A DNA stretch of 59,734 nucleotides, from assembly GCA_963626075.1 (NCBI GenBank), contig CAVFVX010000001.1, positions 1 to 59,734 on the forward strand. The letters run 5' to 3'. Below the pieces are notes generated by a model. The model did no database searches. It worked only from the letters and a program-made list of their open reading frames with translations, and had not been told where the DNA came from. The position numbers and the translations under genes were made by a program. Positions within the stretch are counted from its first letter, which is position 1. Every line of letters starts with the position of its first letter. This document shows, in pieces, positions 21,030-30,890 of the stretch. Origin of the DNA: Acutalibacteraceae bacterium (GTDB lineage Bacteria; Spirochaetota; Spirochaetia; Sphaerochaetales; Sphaerochaetaceae).

Positions 21030-21539
21030 ATGGAAAGATCAAGAGAAAAAGAAGTCAAGCAGGAAGGATACGTAGAGAAGCTTGTCAAGCTGAACCGTGT
21101 CACCAAGGTTGTCAAGGGTGGTAAGAGATTCTCATTCGCGGCACTCGTGGTTGTAGGTTACGGCGACGGCAGGGTCGGCTACGGCTTCGGTAAGGCAAAC
21201 GACGTCACGGATGCAATCAGAAAGGCAACCGACAAGGCAAAGGCATCCCTCATCACGGTACCCGTCAAGGGAACGACCATTCCCCACGACATCGTGGGCA
21301 ACTTCAAGAGCGCATCCGTTCTCCTGAAGCCGGCTGTTCCGGGAACAGGTGTCATCGCAGGCGGCGCAGTCCGTCTCGTATGTGATGCTGCGGGTATCAA
21401 GGATATCATCTCGAAGTCACTCGGCTCGAGAAACGGTATCAATACCGTCAAGGCTACCTTTGATGCATTCGAGCACATCTACAACGCTGCGGATGTTGCA
21501 AAGAACAGAGGCAAGACTCTGAAGGAAATGTGGGGTTGA
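21030..21539 (+). CDS. rpsE: 30S ribosomal protein S5
   Basis: [16 protein letters not shown] motif. Confidence 0.95.
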   Translation: MERSREKEVKQEGYVEKLVKLNRVTKVVKGGKRFSFAALVVVGYGDGRVGYGFGKANDVTDAIRKATDKAKASLITVPVKGTTIPHDIVGNFKSASVLLKPAVPGTGVIAGGAVRLVCDAAGIKDIISKSLGSRNGINTVKATFDAFEHIYNAADVAKNRGKTLKEMWG

Positions 21540-21541
21540 TC

Positions 21542-21724
21542 ATGGCAGGACAGATTAAGATTACACTTGTCAGGGGCGTTGCAGGCACACTGCCCGTCCA
21601 GAGAAAGACAGTAAAGGCTCTCGGACTCGGGAAGATCAGTTCCTCAGTCGTCCGTGAGGATAATCCCGTCAACCGTGGTATGGTCCGCACAGTCGAGCAC
21701 CTTGTAAAGGTCGAGGAGATTTGA
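21542..21724 (+). CDS. rpmD: 50S ribosomal protein L30
   Basis: Starts [12 protein letters not shown], 60 aa. The ORF-track start 21530 overlaps the rpsE end. Confidence 0.9.
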   Translation: MAGQIKITLVRGVAGTLPVQRKTVKALGLGKISSSVVREDNPVNRGMVRTVEHLVKVEEI

Positions 21725-21725
21725 A

Positions 21726-22163
21726 ATGGCAGAGATAATTAAGCCGTATGGCGCAACAAAGGCAAAGACCATTGTCGGCCGCGGTGCTTCCAGCAAGGGA
21801 AGGGCATGCGGACGTGGTCACGACGGCCAGAACAGCCGTTCCGGCGGTGGTGTGAGACTTGGTTTCGAAGGCGGTCAGATGCCTTTGTACAGACGTGTCG
21901 CAAGACGCGGATTCTCCAACTACCCGTTCAAGGTCGAGAACCAGGCTGTCTCTCTCGCAACACTTGACGCTGTCTTCGAGGACGGTCAGGTTGTCAACGC
22001 CGAGTCTCTCCGCGAAGCCGGAATCATCAAGGGTAAGGATACCACTGCAAAGATTCTCGCAACCGGTGAGATCACCAAGAAACTAACGGTCGAGGGACTC
22101 GCTCTCTCACAGAAGGCAGCGGAGAAAATCACGGCTGCCGGTGGAAACGTAGTCGTCAAGTAA
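21726..22163 (+). CDS. rplO: 50S ribosomal protein L15
   Basis: 145 aa with a Gly/Arg-rich N-terminus. Conserved cluster position. Confidence 0.94.
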   Translation: MAEIIKPYGATKAKTIVGRGASSKGRACGRGHDGQNSRSGGGVRLGFEGGQMPLYRRVARRGFSNYPFKVENQAVSLATLDAVFEDGQVVNAESLREAGIIKGKDTTAKILATGEITKKLTVEGLALSQKAAEKITAAGGNVVVK

Positions 22164-22173
22164 GAGGGAATTT

Positions 22174-23472
22174 ATGGCAAACACACTGGTAGATATGTTC
22201 AGAATGAAGGACATCAAGAAAAAGATCCTGATTACATTCGGTCTTTTGATTGTCACGAGAATCGGGGCTTACCTCCCGATTCCCGGAGTCAACCCCGGAG
22301 TCGTATACGACTACTACAGGATGTACTCCTCCTCCATCACTGAATACCTTAACTTTTTCTCCGGTGGTGCATTCTCCAACTTCTCGATATTCATGCTCGG
22401 GGTCATGCCCTACATCAGCACTGAAATCATCTTTCAGCTGCTGATGCTGGTGATCCCGTCACTCAAGAAGCTGGCAGAGGATCCGCAGGGACAGAAGAAG
22501 ATTCAGCAGTACACACGCTACGCTACAGTCGTCGTATGTATAATCCAGTCGCTCGCAGCATCCGTCTACGCTCAGTCCATCCCCGGCGCCCTCAGCGTCT
22601 CGGCGGGACTCTTCGTACCGCTTGCAATCATCAGCTGCACAACGGGCTCCATGCTCTGCGTATGGCTGGGCGAGAAGATTACCCAGTACGGTGTCGGTAA
22701 CGGTATCTCACTGCTCATTTTCGCTGGTATCGTTGCAAGAATTCCCAATGCTTTCTACACAATGGTCACCGGAATCATCGATTCCACGATCAACCCGGTC
22801 TCCCTCGTTGTAGTCATCATAATGTTCTTCTTTGTTGTCGCTCTCGTTGTTTACGAAGAACAGGGCACAAGAAAGATTCCTGTAACATATGCAAAACGTG
22901 TTGTCGGAAGAAGAATGTACGGCTCGCAGAGCACATACATTCCGTTCAAGATCAACCCCAGCGGGGTTATTCCTGTAATCTTCGCCTCGACACTATTGCA
23001 GATCCCACTCATGCTCGGAAATACCAATATTTCCTGGATGGTGGCTGTGGCAAATTTCCTGAATCCGCAGAGGGCCCCATATCTAATCATCTACACCCTG
23101 CTGATCATAGGCTTTGCATTCTTCTATACCCAGATTAGTCTGAACCCGATCGAGATGGCGAAGAACATCAGAGACAACGGCGGTTCGATTCCCGGAATCA
23201 GAAACGAGAAACTCGAAGAGTATCTCACAAAGGTTCTCAACAGAATCGTCCTCCCCGGAGCTATCTTCCTCGCTTTCATCGCACTCATACCTACTCTGGT
23301 GCAGTTGATCTTCAGTCTTCCCTCATCGGTTGCAATGCTGTTCGGCGGAACATCATTAATCATCCTTGTCGGAGTTGACCTCGATACAATGAGACAGCTC
23401 GACAGCATGATGAAGATGCATCACCACGACGGCTTCGTCGACGCGAGAAAGAGAAAGGCTAAGAAAATCTAA
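22174..23472 (+). CDS. secY: Preprotein translocase subunit SecY
   Basis: 432 aa polytopic membrane protein at the canonical position after rplO. Confidence 0.95.
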   Translation: MANTLVDMFRMKDIKKKILITFGLLIVTRIGAYLPIPGVNPGVVYDYYRMYSSSITEYLNFFSGGAFSNFSIFMLGVMPYISTEIIFQLLMLVIPSLKKLAEDPQGQKKIQQYTRYATVVVCIIQSLAASVYAQSIPGALSVSAGLFVPLAIISCTTGSMLCVWLGEKITQYGVGNGISLLIFAGIVARIPNAFYTMVTGIIDSTINPVSLVVVIIMFFFVVALVVYEEQGTRKIPVTYAKRVVGRRMYGSQSTYIPFKINPSGVIPVIFASTLLQIPLMLGNTNISWMVAVANFLNPQRAPYLIIYTLLIIGFAFFYTQISLNPIEMAKNIRDNGGSIPGIRNEKLEEYLTKVLNRIVLPGAIFLAFIALIPTLVQLIFSLPSSVAMLFGGTSLIILVGVDLDTMRQLDSMMKMHHHDGFVDARKRKAKKI

Positions 23473-23486
23473 AGGAGCTGTTTACT

Positions 23487-23600
23487 ATGAAAGTAAGAGC
23501 AAGTGTCAAACCAATTTGTGACAAGTGTAAAGTTATTAGACGTGCCGGTGTTGTCCGCATCGTATGCGAGAACCCGAAGCACAAGCAGAGACAGAAATAA
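23487..23600 (+). CDS. rpmJ: 50S ribosomal protein L36 (37 aa, zinc-binding form)
   Basis: Not in the ORF track because it is under 60 aa. Read directly: [43 protein letters not shown] lies upstream. Confidence 0.93.
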   Translation: MKVRASVKPICDKCKVIRRAGVVRIVCENPKHKQRQK

Positions 23601-23613
23601 TTAGGAGGCCGAT

Positions 23614-23979
23614 ATGGCACGTATAGCAGGTGTTGACCTGCCGAACAAGGCAGTCAAGATCGCTCTGACATATATCTACGGAATCGGAAACAAGTCCGCT
23701 ATGGATATCTGCCAGAAGACAAATATTAATCCGGATGTAAGAATCAATACACTCTCTCCCGATGAGATTGCAACACTCAGAAACGTTCTCGAGGAAGAGT
23801 ACAAAATCGAAGGACATCTTAGAACAGAGGTCGCCCTTAACATCAAGAGACTGATGGATATCGGCTGCTACAGAGGCCTCCGCCACAGAAAGAGTCTTCC
23901 CGTCAGAGGTCAGAGGACCAAGACAAATGCCCGCACGAGAAAGGGCAAGAAGAAGACTGTCGCTGGAAAGAAGAAATAA
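23614..23979 (+). CDS. rpsM: 30S ribosomal protein S13
   Basis: Starts [10 protein letters not shown]. Confidence 0.96.
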   Translation: MARIAGVDLPNKAVKIALTYIYGIGNKSAMDICQKTNINPDVRINTLSPDEIATLRNVLEEEYKIEGHLRTEVALNIKRLMDIGCYRGLRHRKSLPVRGQRTKTNARTRKGKKKTVAGKKK

Positions 23980-23995
23980 GGGGAAGTAAGGTAAT

Positions 23996-24373
23996 ATGGC
24001 TACTGCAAAGAAAAAGGTTAAGAAGACAGTTCTGGAAGGCAATGTCTACGTCCAGGCTACTTTCAACAATACAATCATTACTTTTACTGACCTTGCCGGA
24101 AACGCACTCAGCTGGGCTTCTGCAGGCGGACTCGGATTCAGAGGAGCCAAGAAGTCAACTCCGTATGCTGCACAGACAACATGCGAGACAGCCGGCAAGA
24201 AGGCAATGGATTACGGTCTGAGGGAAGTCAACGTCTTCGTCAAGGGCCCCGGTGTCGGACGCGAAAGCGCAATCAGAACACTCGGCGTTCTCGGACTCAA
24301 GGTTCGCTCCATCAGAGACGTTACCCCGATTCCGCACAACGGTTGTCGTCCTCGCAAGACACGCCGTGTCTGA
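23996..24373 (+). CDS. rpsK: 30S ribosomal protein S11
   Basis: 125 aa, C-terminal [18 protein letters not shown]. Confidence 0.96.
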   Translation: MATAKKKVKKTVLEGNVYVQATFNNTIITFTDLAGNALSWASAGGLGFRGAKKSTPYAAQTTCETAGKKAMDYGLREVNVFVKGPGVGRESAIRTLGVLGLKVRSIRDVTPIPHNGCRPRKTRRV

Positions 24374-24379
24374 CGAGTA

Positions 24380-24404
24380 TCTGCGGGGATTCCTTCCCCG
24401 CAGA
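24380..24404 (+). promoter_or_regulatory. Perfect 10-bp intercistronic hairpin between rpsK and rpoA
   Basis: TCTGCGGGGA-ttcct-TCCCCGCAGA, starting 7 nt after the rpsK stop. No U-tract follows. Confidence 0.5.
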
Positions 24405-24438
24405 ATAGCTGTTTAACAGCATAATTATAGGAGTAACC

Positions 24439-25500
24439 ATGGCAAGAAAAAATCTTCTTAAAGGTTTCAAGAGACCTTCGGGAATCACCTCTGAAAACAC
24501 CGTCAGCACAGCAGATTACGGTCAGTTCGTAGCGTACCCCTTCGAGAGAGGCTTCGGAACAACAGTCGGAAACACACTCCGCCGTGTTCTTCTCTCATCC
24601 ATCCAGGGCTATGCAGTCTCCGCCATCCGCTTTACTACATTCAAGGGCGAGGGCGGAATCAAGACTCCGCACGTCGTGACTTCAGAGTTCGAAGCTCTCC
24701 CGGGCGTCAGCGAGGATATTTCGGATATCGTCGCGGCAATTAAGAAGCTGCATATCGGAATGCCGGAGGAATGCGAGGGCACGATCCTCACAATCCAGTG
24801 CAAGGGTCCCGGTGTCATCACCGGAGCAGACTTCGAGCGCGACCAGGTGACGGTTACCAACAAGGATCTCCACATCATGACAATGATGCCGGACTGTGAT
24901 CTCGAGATGGAAGTCCAGATCGACCTCGGACGCGGCTACGTTCCCTCGGAGCTCAACGAGAAGTATTCCGAAGAGCCGGGTACGATTGCCATCGATGCAT
25001 TCTATTCTCCGATCAAGAGAGTCAAGTATGCTATCGAACCGTGCAGGGTCGGCGAGAGAATCGACTACGAGAAGCTCATTCTCGACGTCTATACAGACGG
25101 AACGATTACTCCCGAGAATGCTCTCGGAGAGGCTGCGAAGATCATCAAGGAACACTTCACGATCTTCATCAACTTCGACGAGGACAAGATCTGTACGACT
25201 GAAGAGGTTGACGAGGAAGAGGAGAAGGTCAGGAAGCTTCTTGACACTCCCGTCGAGGAGCTGGAGCTCACCGTACGTTCCTCCAACTGTCTCAAGAACG
25301 CGGGCATCAAGACCATCGGAGACCTTGCAAAGAAGACTGAAGACGAAATCACAAAGACGAGGAACTTCGGCAAGAAGTCTCTCTCCGAGATCAAGGACAA
25401 GCTCAGAGAGTGGGGCCTCACTTTGGGAATGACTGATTTCAGTGTCTTAAAGAATTCAATTAAAGTTCCAGAGAACAAGGAAGTGGAAAATGAAGCATAG
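24439..25500 (+). CDS. rpoA: DNA-directed RNA polymerase subunit alpha
   Basis: 353 aa with the alpha-CTD motif [22 protein letters not shown]. Confidence 0.96.
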   Translation: MARKNLLKGFKRPSGITSENTVSTADYGQFVAYPFERGFGTTVGNTLRRVLLSSIQGYAVSAIRFTTFKGEGGIKTPHVVTSEFEALPGVSEDISDIVAAIKKLHIGMPEECEGTILTIQCKGPGVITGADFERDQVTVTNKDLHIMTMMPDCDLEMEVQIDLGRGYVPSELNEKYSEEPGTIAIDAFYSPIKRVKYAIEPCRVGERIDYEKLILDVYTDGTITPENALGEAAKIIKEHFTIFINFDEDKICTTEEVDEEEEKVRKLLDTPVEELELTVRSSNCLKNAGIKTIGDLAKKTEDEITKTRNFGKKSLSEIKDKLREWGLTLGMTDFSVLKNSIKVPENKEVENEA

Positions 25501-25906
25501 GATTGGTTTCAACGCGCTATCACGTAAGGGATCCGAAAGAAAGGCCCTCAAGCGCAACATGGTCACGTCTCTCTTCAGATACGAGAGAATCGAGACCACA
25601 AAGGCAAAGGCTCTTGAAGTGAGAAAGATGGCCGAAAAGATGATCACCCGCGCAAAGACAGACAGTGTCGCAAACCGCAGGGAGATTGCAAAGAGCATCT
25701 ACGACGAAGATGTGGCCAACAAGCTCTTCAAGGACATCGCCCCGTTATTCGCTGACCGCAAGGGCGGTTACACAAGAATCCTCAAGACCGGTTACAGGCA
25801 GGGGGATGCAGCCGAAATGGTAATCCTTGAGCTGGTTGAAAAGACCAAGAAGGAAGAAAAGGCTGACAAGAAGGATGAAAAGAAGGCCAGGAAGGCTGAT
25901 AAGTAA
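25490..25906 (+). CDS. rplQ: 50S ribosomal protein L17
   Basis: Starts [28 protein letters not shown]. Overlaps the rpoA end by 11 nt. Confidence 0.94.
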   Translation: MKHRIGFNALSRKGSERKALKRNMVTSLFRYERIETTKAKALEVRKMAEKMITRAKTDSVANRREIAKSIYDEDVANKLFKDIAPLFADRKGGYTRILKTGYRQGDAAEMVILELVEKTKKEEKADKKDEKKARKADK

Positions 25907-25974
25907 TCCCCGGCGGGTTAAAGCTCGCCATTAGTCGGGTATCTTACGATACCGCAGAGGGAAGAAATTCCCGC

Positions 25975-26005
25975 ACCGTCACCGCAGGGTGGCGGTTTTT
26001 CTTTG
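25975..26005 (+). terminator. Rho-independent terminator ending the ribosomal super-cluster
   Basis: ACCGTCACC-gcag-GGTGGCGGT (9 bp including one G-U pair) followed by TTTTTCTTTG. Confidence 0.7.
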
Positions 26006-26076
26006 CCTTGACACGCTGTTGCCGTTTGATTCAATATGAAAGACAACTAATAATATTGTAAGCAGGAGGTCGCAGT

Positions 26077-27606
26077 ATGGCAGTATTGTGGTATCTCTTG
26101 GTTGGAATTGCAGGTATTGCTATCGGCTATTGCGGCCGTTGCATATATGCGAAGTTAAAATTAACTTCCGCTGAACAGAGAGCGAAGGTTCTCGAGGAAA
26201 ATGCCTCGAAGAATGCTGAGGCGAAGGCCAGGGAGATTGTCATCGAGACAAGAGACAGACTCCTCAAGGAACAGCAGCAGCAGGAAAGCGAGGCCCGCGA
26301 CAGAAGAGCTGAACTGCAGAAGAGCGAAAGACGTCTGCAGCAGAAGGAAGAAAATCTAGAGCGTAAGCAGCAGGAGAACGACTCCGTAACGCGACAACTG
26401 GGAGAAAAGGAAGAGGCACTGAAGGCAAGGGAAGCCGAAGTGGAGAAGCGCTCGAACGAGCTTGACGGCGAGTACGAGAAGGTTGCAGGCATGTCGAGAG
26501 AGGATGCAAAGAACATCCTCATCGAGGAAATGAAGCAGAAGGCCGAACACGACGGACAGGTCTACATCAACAAGATCGAACAGGAAGCCCAGCTCAGTGC
26601 CGACAAGAAGGCGCGTGACATCATAATCACATCAATCCAGCGTCTTGCAACCGAGGTTTCGGGTGAGATAACGACTACAAGTGTCGCTCTTCCCTCGGAT
26701 GAGATGAAGGGAAGAATCATCGGTCGGGAGGGTCGTAACATCCGCACTCTCGAGACCCTCACGGGCGTCGACATCATCATTGACGATACCCCCGAGGCTG
26801 TCGTCATTTCGTGCTTCGATCCCGTAAGGAAGGAGATAGCGCGTGTCGCACTCGAGCGTCTTGTACAGGACGGAAGAATCCATCCGGCAAGAATCGAGGA
26901 AGTTGTCAACAAGGTCAGCAAGGAAATCGGAAGAATCATCGTGGACGAGGGAGAGAAGGTTGTCTTCGACCTCGGAATCCACAATATGGGAACCGAGCTC
27001 ATCAGAGCACTCGGAAGACTCCACTTCAGAACAAGCTACGGTCAGAACGTGCTTCTTCACTCGAAGGAAGTCGCAATTCTCTCCGGTATGATTGCATCCG
27101 AAGTCGGTGCCGACAGCGAAGTAGCGCTGAGGGCGGGACTCCTGCACGATATCGGAAAGGGTGCCGAAACCGAGAGCGAAGCAAACCATGCGGAAATCGG
27201 CGGAGAACTCCTGAAGAGACTCGGCGAAGACGACAAGATCGTGAACTGCGTACTTGCGCACCACAACGACGTGGAGCCGGAGAGCATCGAGGCAATCATC
27301 GTACAGATAGCCGATGCCATCAGTGCGGCACGCCCCGGTGCAAGAAGGGAATCCATCGACAACTACATCAAGAGGCTCGAGTCGCTTGAGGGCATTGCAA
27401 AGGGCTTCGACGGTGTCGAGAACGCATTTGCAATCCAGGCCGGAAGGGAACTGAGAATACTCGTCAACAGCGATGTCGTCTCGGATGAAGGCGCAAAGAA
27501 GGTTGCCCAGCAGATTGCAGAGAGAATCGAAGCCGAGCTCAGGTACCCCGGAAAGATCAAGGTCACGATTATCCGTGAAACAAGAGTCGTGGAGTACGCA
27601 AAGTGA
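26077..27606 (+). CDS. rny: Ribonuclease Y
   Basis: N-terminal TM segment, a long coiled coil, a KH domain (GREGRNIRTLE) and an HD domain (LLHDIGK). Confidence 0.95.
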   Translation: MAVLWYLLVGIAGIAIGYCGRCIYAKLKLTSAEQRAKVLEENASKNAEAKAREIVIETRDRLLKEQQQQESEARDRRAELQKSERRLQQKEENLERKQQENDSVTRQLGEKEEALKAREAEVEKRSNELDGEYEKVAGMSREDAKNILIEEMKQKAEHDGQVYINKIEQEAQLSADKKARDIIITSIQRLATEVSGEITTTSVALPSDEMKGRIIGREGRNIRTLETLTGVDIIIDDTPEAVVISCFDPVRKEIARVALERLVQDGRIHPARIEEVVNKVSKEIGRIIVDEGEKVVFDLGIHNMGTELIRALGRLHFRTSYGQNVLLHSKEVAILSGMIASEVGADSEVALRAGLLHDIGKGAETESEANHAEIGGELLKRLGEDDKIVNCVLAHHNDVEPESIEAIIVQIADAISAARPGARRESIDNYIKRLESLEGIAKGFDGVENAFAIQAGRELRILVNSDVVSDEGAKKVAQQIAERIEAELRYPGKIKVTIIRETRVVEYAK

Positions 27607-28388
27607 CGGAAAACACACTGAGAGTCCTCATGCTCGGGGACATATCGGGAAGTGCAGGAATGGGAGCCCTTTTTCTGGGGCTCTCTTCTGCTGTCAGAGA
27701 TAACAGGATAGACTTCGTTGTCGCTAACGGCGAGAATGCCGCTGACGGCTTCGGAATAACAGTCGATGACTACAACAGGATGAAGGAAGCCGGAGTCGAC
27801 GTAATCACGAGCGGCAACCACATCTGGCAGAAGGACGAGATCTTCTCCGTTCTCGACAGTACGGACGATATCCTCCGGCCTGCGAACTATCCCGAACCCT
27901 GCGTCGGAAAGGGCTGGACAATCAGAAGCTGCGGTAAATACAAGGTAGGCGTCATCAATCTCCAGGGCAGAATCGAGCTCATGGACACAGACGACCCCTT
28001 CCGCAAGGCCGAGGCGATTGTCCGCAACATCCGTAAGACCACCCCGATAATCCTTGTTGACTTCCACGCCGAGAGCGCGGAGGAGAAGGAGGCTCTCTCC
28101 TTCTTCCTCGACGGAACGGTTACTGCCGTTGTCGGAACACACACCCACGTCCAGACGAGAGACGAGAAGATACTTCCCGGAGGAACGGCGTATATAACGG
28201 ACCTCGGGCTCACAGGAGTCCACGGCGCAGTCATCGGTTCGAGCGTCGAGAAGGCGATAGAGCGTCAGCTCACGCAGCTCCCGATCCGAAGCGAAGTCGC
28301 AGACGGCAAGGGCACGATTGACGGTGTCATAATCGAAGTCGATACACAGAGCGGGAAGGCTCTTTCAATCGAAAGATTCAGAAGCTGA
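27603..28388 (+). CDS. ymdB: YmdB-family metallophosphoesterase (2',3'-cyclic-nucleotide phosphodiesterase-like)
   Basis: Motifs GDISGSAG, GENAADGFG, SGNHIW, DFHAE and GTHTHVQT. The GTG start overlaps the rny stop (GTGA). rny-ymdB synteny matches Bacillus. Confidence 0.88.
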   Translation: MTENTLRVLMLGDISGSAGMGALFLGLSSAVRDNRIDFVVANGENAADGFGITVDDYNRMKEAGVDVITSGNHIWQKDEIFSVLDSTDDILRPANYPEPCVGKGWTIRSCGKYKVGVINLQGRIELMDTDDPFRKAEAIVRNIRKTTPIILVDFHAESAEEKEALSFFLDGTVTAVVGTHTHVQTRDEKILPGGTAYITDLGLTGVHGAVIGSSVEKAIERQLTQLPIRSEVADGKGTIDGVIIEVDTQSGKALSIERFRS

Positions 28389-28893
28389 TAAGCTTATCGC
28401 CACATATGACTGTAAGACTCTCGACGAAGTAACGGCTTTCGAGGGTCTTTTTTATTTCGTCGTATGCATCGTCAAGGTTTCCGGATTCGAGAAAGTCATC
28501 GGAGAGCGATACGAAGAAGAAACCGTCCTCCGCAGTCGCCCCGACGAGCCTCGTTCCCTCTGGAATTGCCGACGAGAGTCCTTTTTCCCTTTCTTCGTCG
28601 CTTAGGGGCAGAAGCAGGGCTTCGAGGAGGGAATGGAGGTCGGAAGAGGAGCAGGTTACCGTCCTTTCCGTGAAGACGTAATCATCTCCCGAGACAAGGG
28701 CAACGGTGCAGCTTCCGCTCTGTTTTCCGCCGTTTTCCCTGTATTCCTTCGCCTTCTCCACGATTCCGCTTTCCTCTATGTTTCTGACCATCACGGGCCT
28801 GAGGATGAAGAAAAGGGGAACGAAGACGACGAAAAGAAGAATGTACATCACGAGAATGTATCTGAAGGATGAACTCTCTTTTTCCTTTTCCAT
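28378..28893 (-). CDS. Membrane-anchored GerMN-like domain protein
   Basis: N-terminal TM FRYILVMYILLFVVFVPLFFIL and a C-terminal region resembling GerMN (LLEALLLPLSDEEREKGLSSAIPEGTRL). The ORF track extends to a TTG at 28929, so the start is uncertain. Confidence 0.55.
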   Translation of the reverse strand: MEKEKESSSFRYILVMYILLFVVFVPLFFILRPVMVRNIEESGIVEKAKEYRENGGKQSGSCTVALVSGDDYVFTERTVTCSSSDLHSLLEALLLPLSDEEREKGLSSAIPEGTRLVGATAEDGFFFVSLSDDFLESGNLDDAYDEIKKTLESRYFVESLTVICGDKLISF

Positions 28894-28947
28894 GTTCCAG
28901 ATTATGACACCGGGAGGGAAAAAACTCAAATATGGTCTTTTACCGTC

Positions 28948-28979
28948 TTAACCGTTTACAATTCGGTAAATCCGGTTAA
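28948..28979. promoter_or_regulatory. 32-bp near-palindrome in the divergent promoter region upstream of the orphan ATPase
   Basis: TTAACCGTTTAC-aattcg-GTAAAtcCGGTTAA. Confidence 0.4.
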
Positions 28980-29000
28980 ACTAGGAATGAAGGTGAAAGA

Positions 29001-30812
29001 ATGTTACGGTCTGATGAAATTGAGAAAAAACTCTCAGAACTCCCGGAAGGGTATGTCACGCACAGGAAGATAAACGGGAAGACGTATCACTACAGGCAGT
29101 GGACGGAAGGCGGAAGACAGCACAGCGTCCGTATACCGGATGACGAAGTCGAGACTCTCTCAAGGGAAATCGAAGAGAGAAAGTCACTCGAGAAGGAGCT
29201 GAAGGCTCTGAAGGGAAGAGGAAGCGACAGAAAGTCCGCACCCGGCTATGCGACGAATGTGTCGACGGGTGAGTCTCTTGCTGTTTTTGCTGAAAGTGCA
29301 GCGAAGTACCGGAAGAGAGACTGCTACGGCTTGATCAGAGATTATGTCCATGGGGAAACATCGGACAGGGTATGTGTCCTTTACGGTCTGAGACGCACGG
29401 GAAAGACGACTCTTATAAAGCAGATTATCAATGACTTCGACAGTACCATGTTCTCCCGCTCCGCCTACATCAAGTGCCGCACAAGCGACACTGTCGCCGC
29501 TCTCAACGGCGATATGATCCGCCTTCGGGACAGCGGCTTTGTGTACATCTTCATAGACGAAGTGACGCTTCTTTCCGACTTCATCGATTCGTCCTCTCTT
29601 TTCTCGGACGTCTATTCAGCCCAGGGGATGAAGATAGTCCTCTCCGGGACGGATTCGCTGGGCTTCCATCTTGCCGTCTCCGACGAGCTCTACGACAGGG
29701 CGGTGACGGTCCACACGACATACATTCCCTTCAGAGAGCACTCGAGACTCCTCGGGATAGACGACACGGACGAATACATCCGCTACGGAGGAACATTGAG
29801 GGCGGGCGAGCTCGATTTCGCTTCTGCGGATGTCAACGCCTCCGATGCCTCGTTCAGGGATGACGAATCGACGAGACACTACATAGACACCGCGATTTCG
29901 GAGAACATACAGCGTTCTCTCGAGTGCTGCAGGGACGGAAGGTATTTCAGAGCTCTGAGGTCGCTCTACGAAAAGGACGAGCTGACGTCTGCGATCAACA
30001 GAATAATCGAAGACATGAACCATTCCTTCACCGTGAAGGTGATGACGTCGCTTTTCAAGTCCCATGACCTCAGGTCGGCGTCTCAGCTCCTCCGCTCTGA
30101 GCGGGACGAAGAGAAGAGGACTGACATACTCGACAGAATCGACACCGCTCCGATTATCGCAAAGCTGAAGGAAATCCTCTCAATCAGGGAGAAGGAAGAG
30201 ATGGCAATCGGAATAACGGAGGCTCACGCCGAGGAGATAAGGGAGTACCTGAAAGCGCTCGACCTCATCGAGAGCGTTACCATCGAGAACCGCTATCCCG
30301 GGAAGCCGGAACTGAACACGGTCGAGAACTATGTCATCTTCACACAGCCCGGAATGCGTTTCTGTCAGGCCGGGGCTCTCGTCTGGTCCGTCCTCTCGGA
30401 TCCGCAGATAAACGTCCTTCCGCCTCAGACGATGAAGGCAATCGAAGACAAAATCACGGAGGACGTCATGGGCCGCATGCTCGAGGACATTGTCATACTC
30501 GAGACGAAGAAGGCTCTGGAGAAGAAGAGAAAGAAGGTCTTCAGAATACGCTTCAGCGACGGCGGATTCGACATGGTCGTCTATGACAGGGAGAAGATGA
30601 CAAGCGGACTCTACGAAATCAAGCACTCGAAGGAGAGGAATCCCCGGCAGTACCGCCATCTCGCGAACGCTGAGATGGTCAGTGCCGTCGAAGCCGTCTA
30701 CGGAAAGGTGACGGGAAGATACGTTCTCTACAGAGGTGAAAACCATACGGAGGAGAACGGCGTTGAGTACCGGAATGTGGAAGAGTACCTCAAGGGGCTC
30801 GGGGCGGTTTGA
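29001..30812 (+). CDS. Orphan P-loop (AAA-type) ATPase with C-terminal PD-(D/E)XK-like fold, 603 aa
   Basis: Walker A GLRRTGKTT (aa 129-137) and Walker B VYIFIDEV. C-terminal E..D..ExK pattern (LEDIVILE, GFDMVVYD, YEIKHS). Small N-terminal domain KINGKTYHYRQWTEGG. Confidence 0.7.
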   Translation: MLRSDEIEKKLSELPEGYVTHRKINGKTYHYRQWTEGGRQHSVRIPDDEVETLSREIEERKSLEKELKALKGRGSDRKSAPGYATNVSTGESLAVFAESAAKYRKRDCYGLIRDYVHGETSDRVCVLYGLRRTGKTTLIKQIINDFDSTMFSRSAYIKCRTSDTVAALNGDMIRLRDSGFVYIFIDEVTLLSDFIDSSSLFSDVYSAQGMKIVLSGTDSLGFHLAVSDELYDRAVTVHTTYIPFREHSRLLGIDDTDEYIRYGGTLRAGELDFASADVNASDASFRDDESTRHYIDTAISENIQRSLECCRDGRYFRALRSLYEKDELTSAINRIIEDMNHSFTVKVMTSLFKSHDLRSASQLLRSERDEEKRTDILDRIDTAPIIAKLKEILSIREKEEMAIGITEAHAEEIREYLKALDLIESVTIENRYPGKPELNTVENYVIFTQPGMRFCQAGALVWSVLSDPQINVLPPQTMKAIEDKITEDVMGRMLEDIVILETKKALEKKRKKVFRIRFSDGGFDMVVYDREKMTSGLYEIKHSKERNPRQYRHLANAEMVSAVEAVYGKVTGRYVLYRGENHTEENGVEYRNVEEYLKGLGAV

Positions 30813-30890
30813 CAGAGCTCGGGTAAACAGCTAGATTTTAACACTGGTATTTTCACATAATCATATAAGTTATAACACAGAGGAAACTCC

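Noticed and set aside
23473-23613. Missing adk, map and infA between secY and rpmJ as a possible deletion or assembly error.
   Set aside because: The secY-rpmJ-rpsM-rpsK-rpoA-rplQ order without these genes is, as far as I recall, normal for treponemes. The junctions are clean, with 14-nt and 13-nt gaps and good Shine-Dalgarno sequences.
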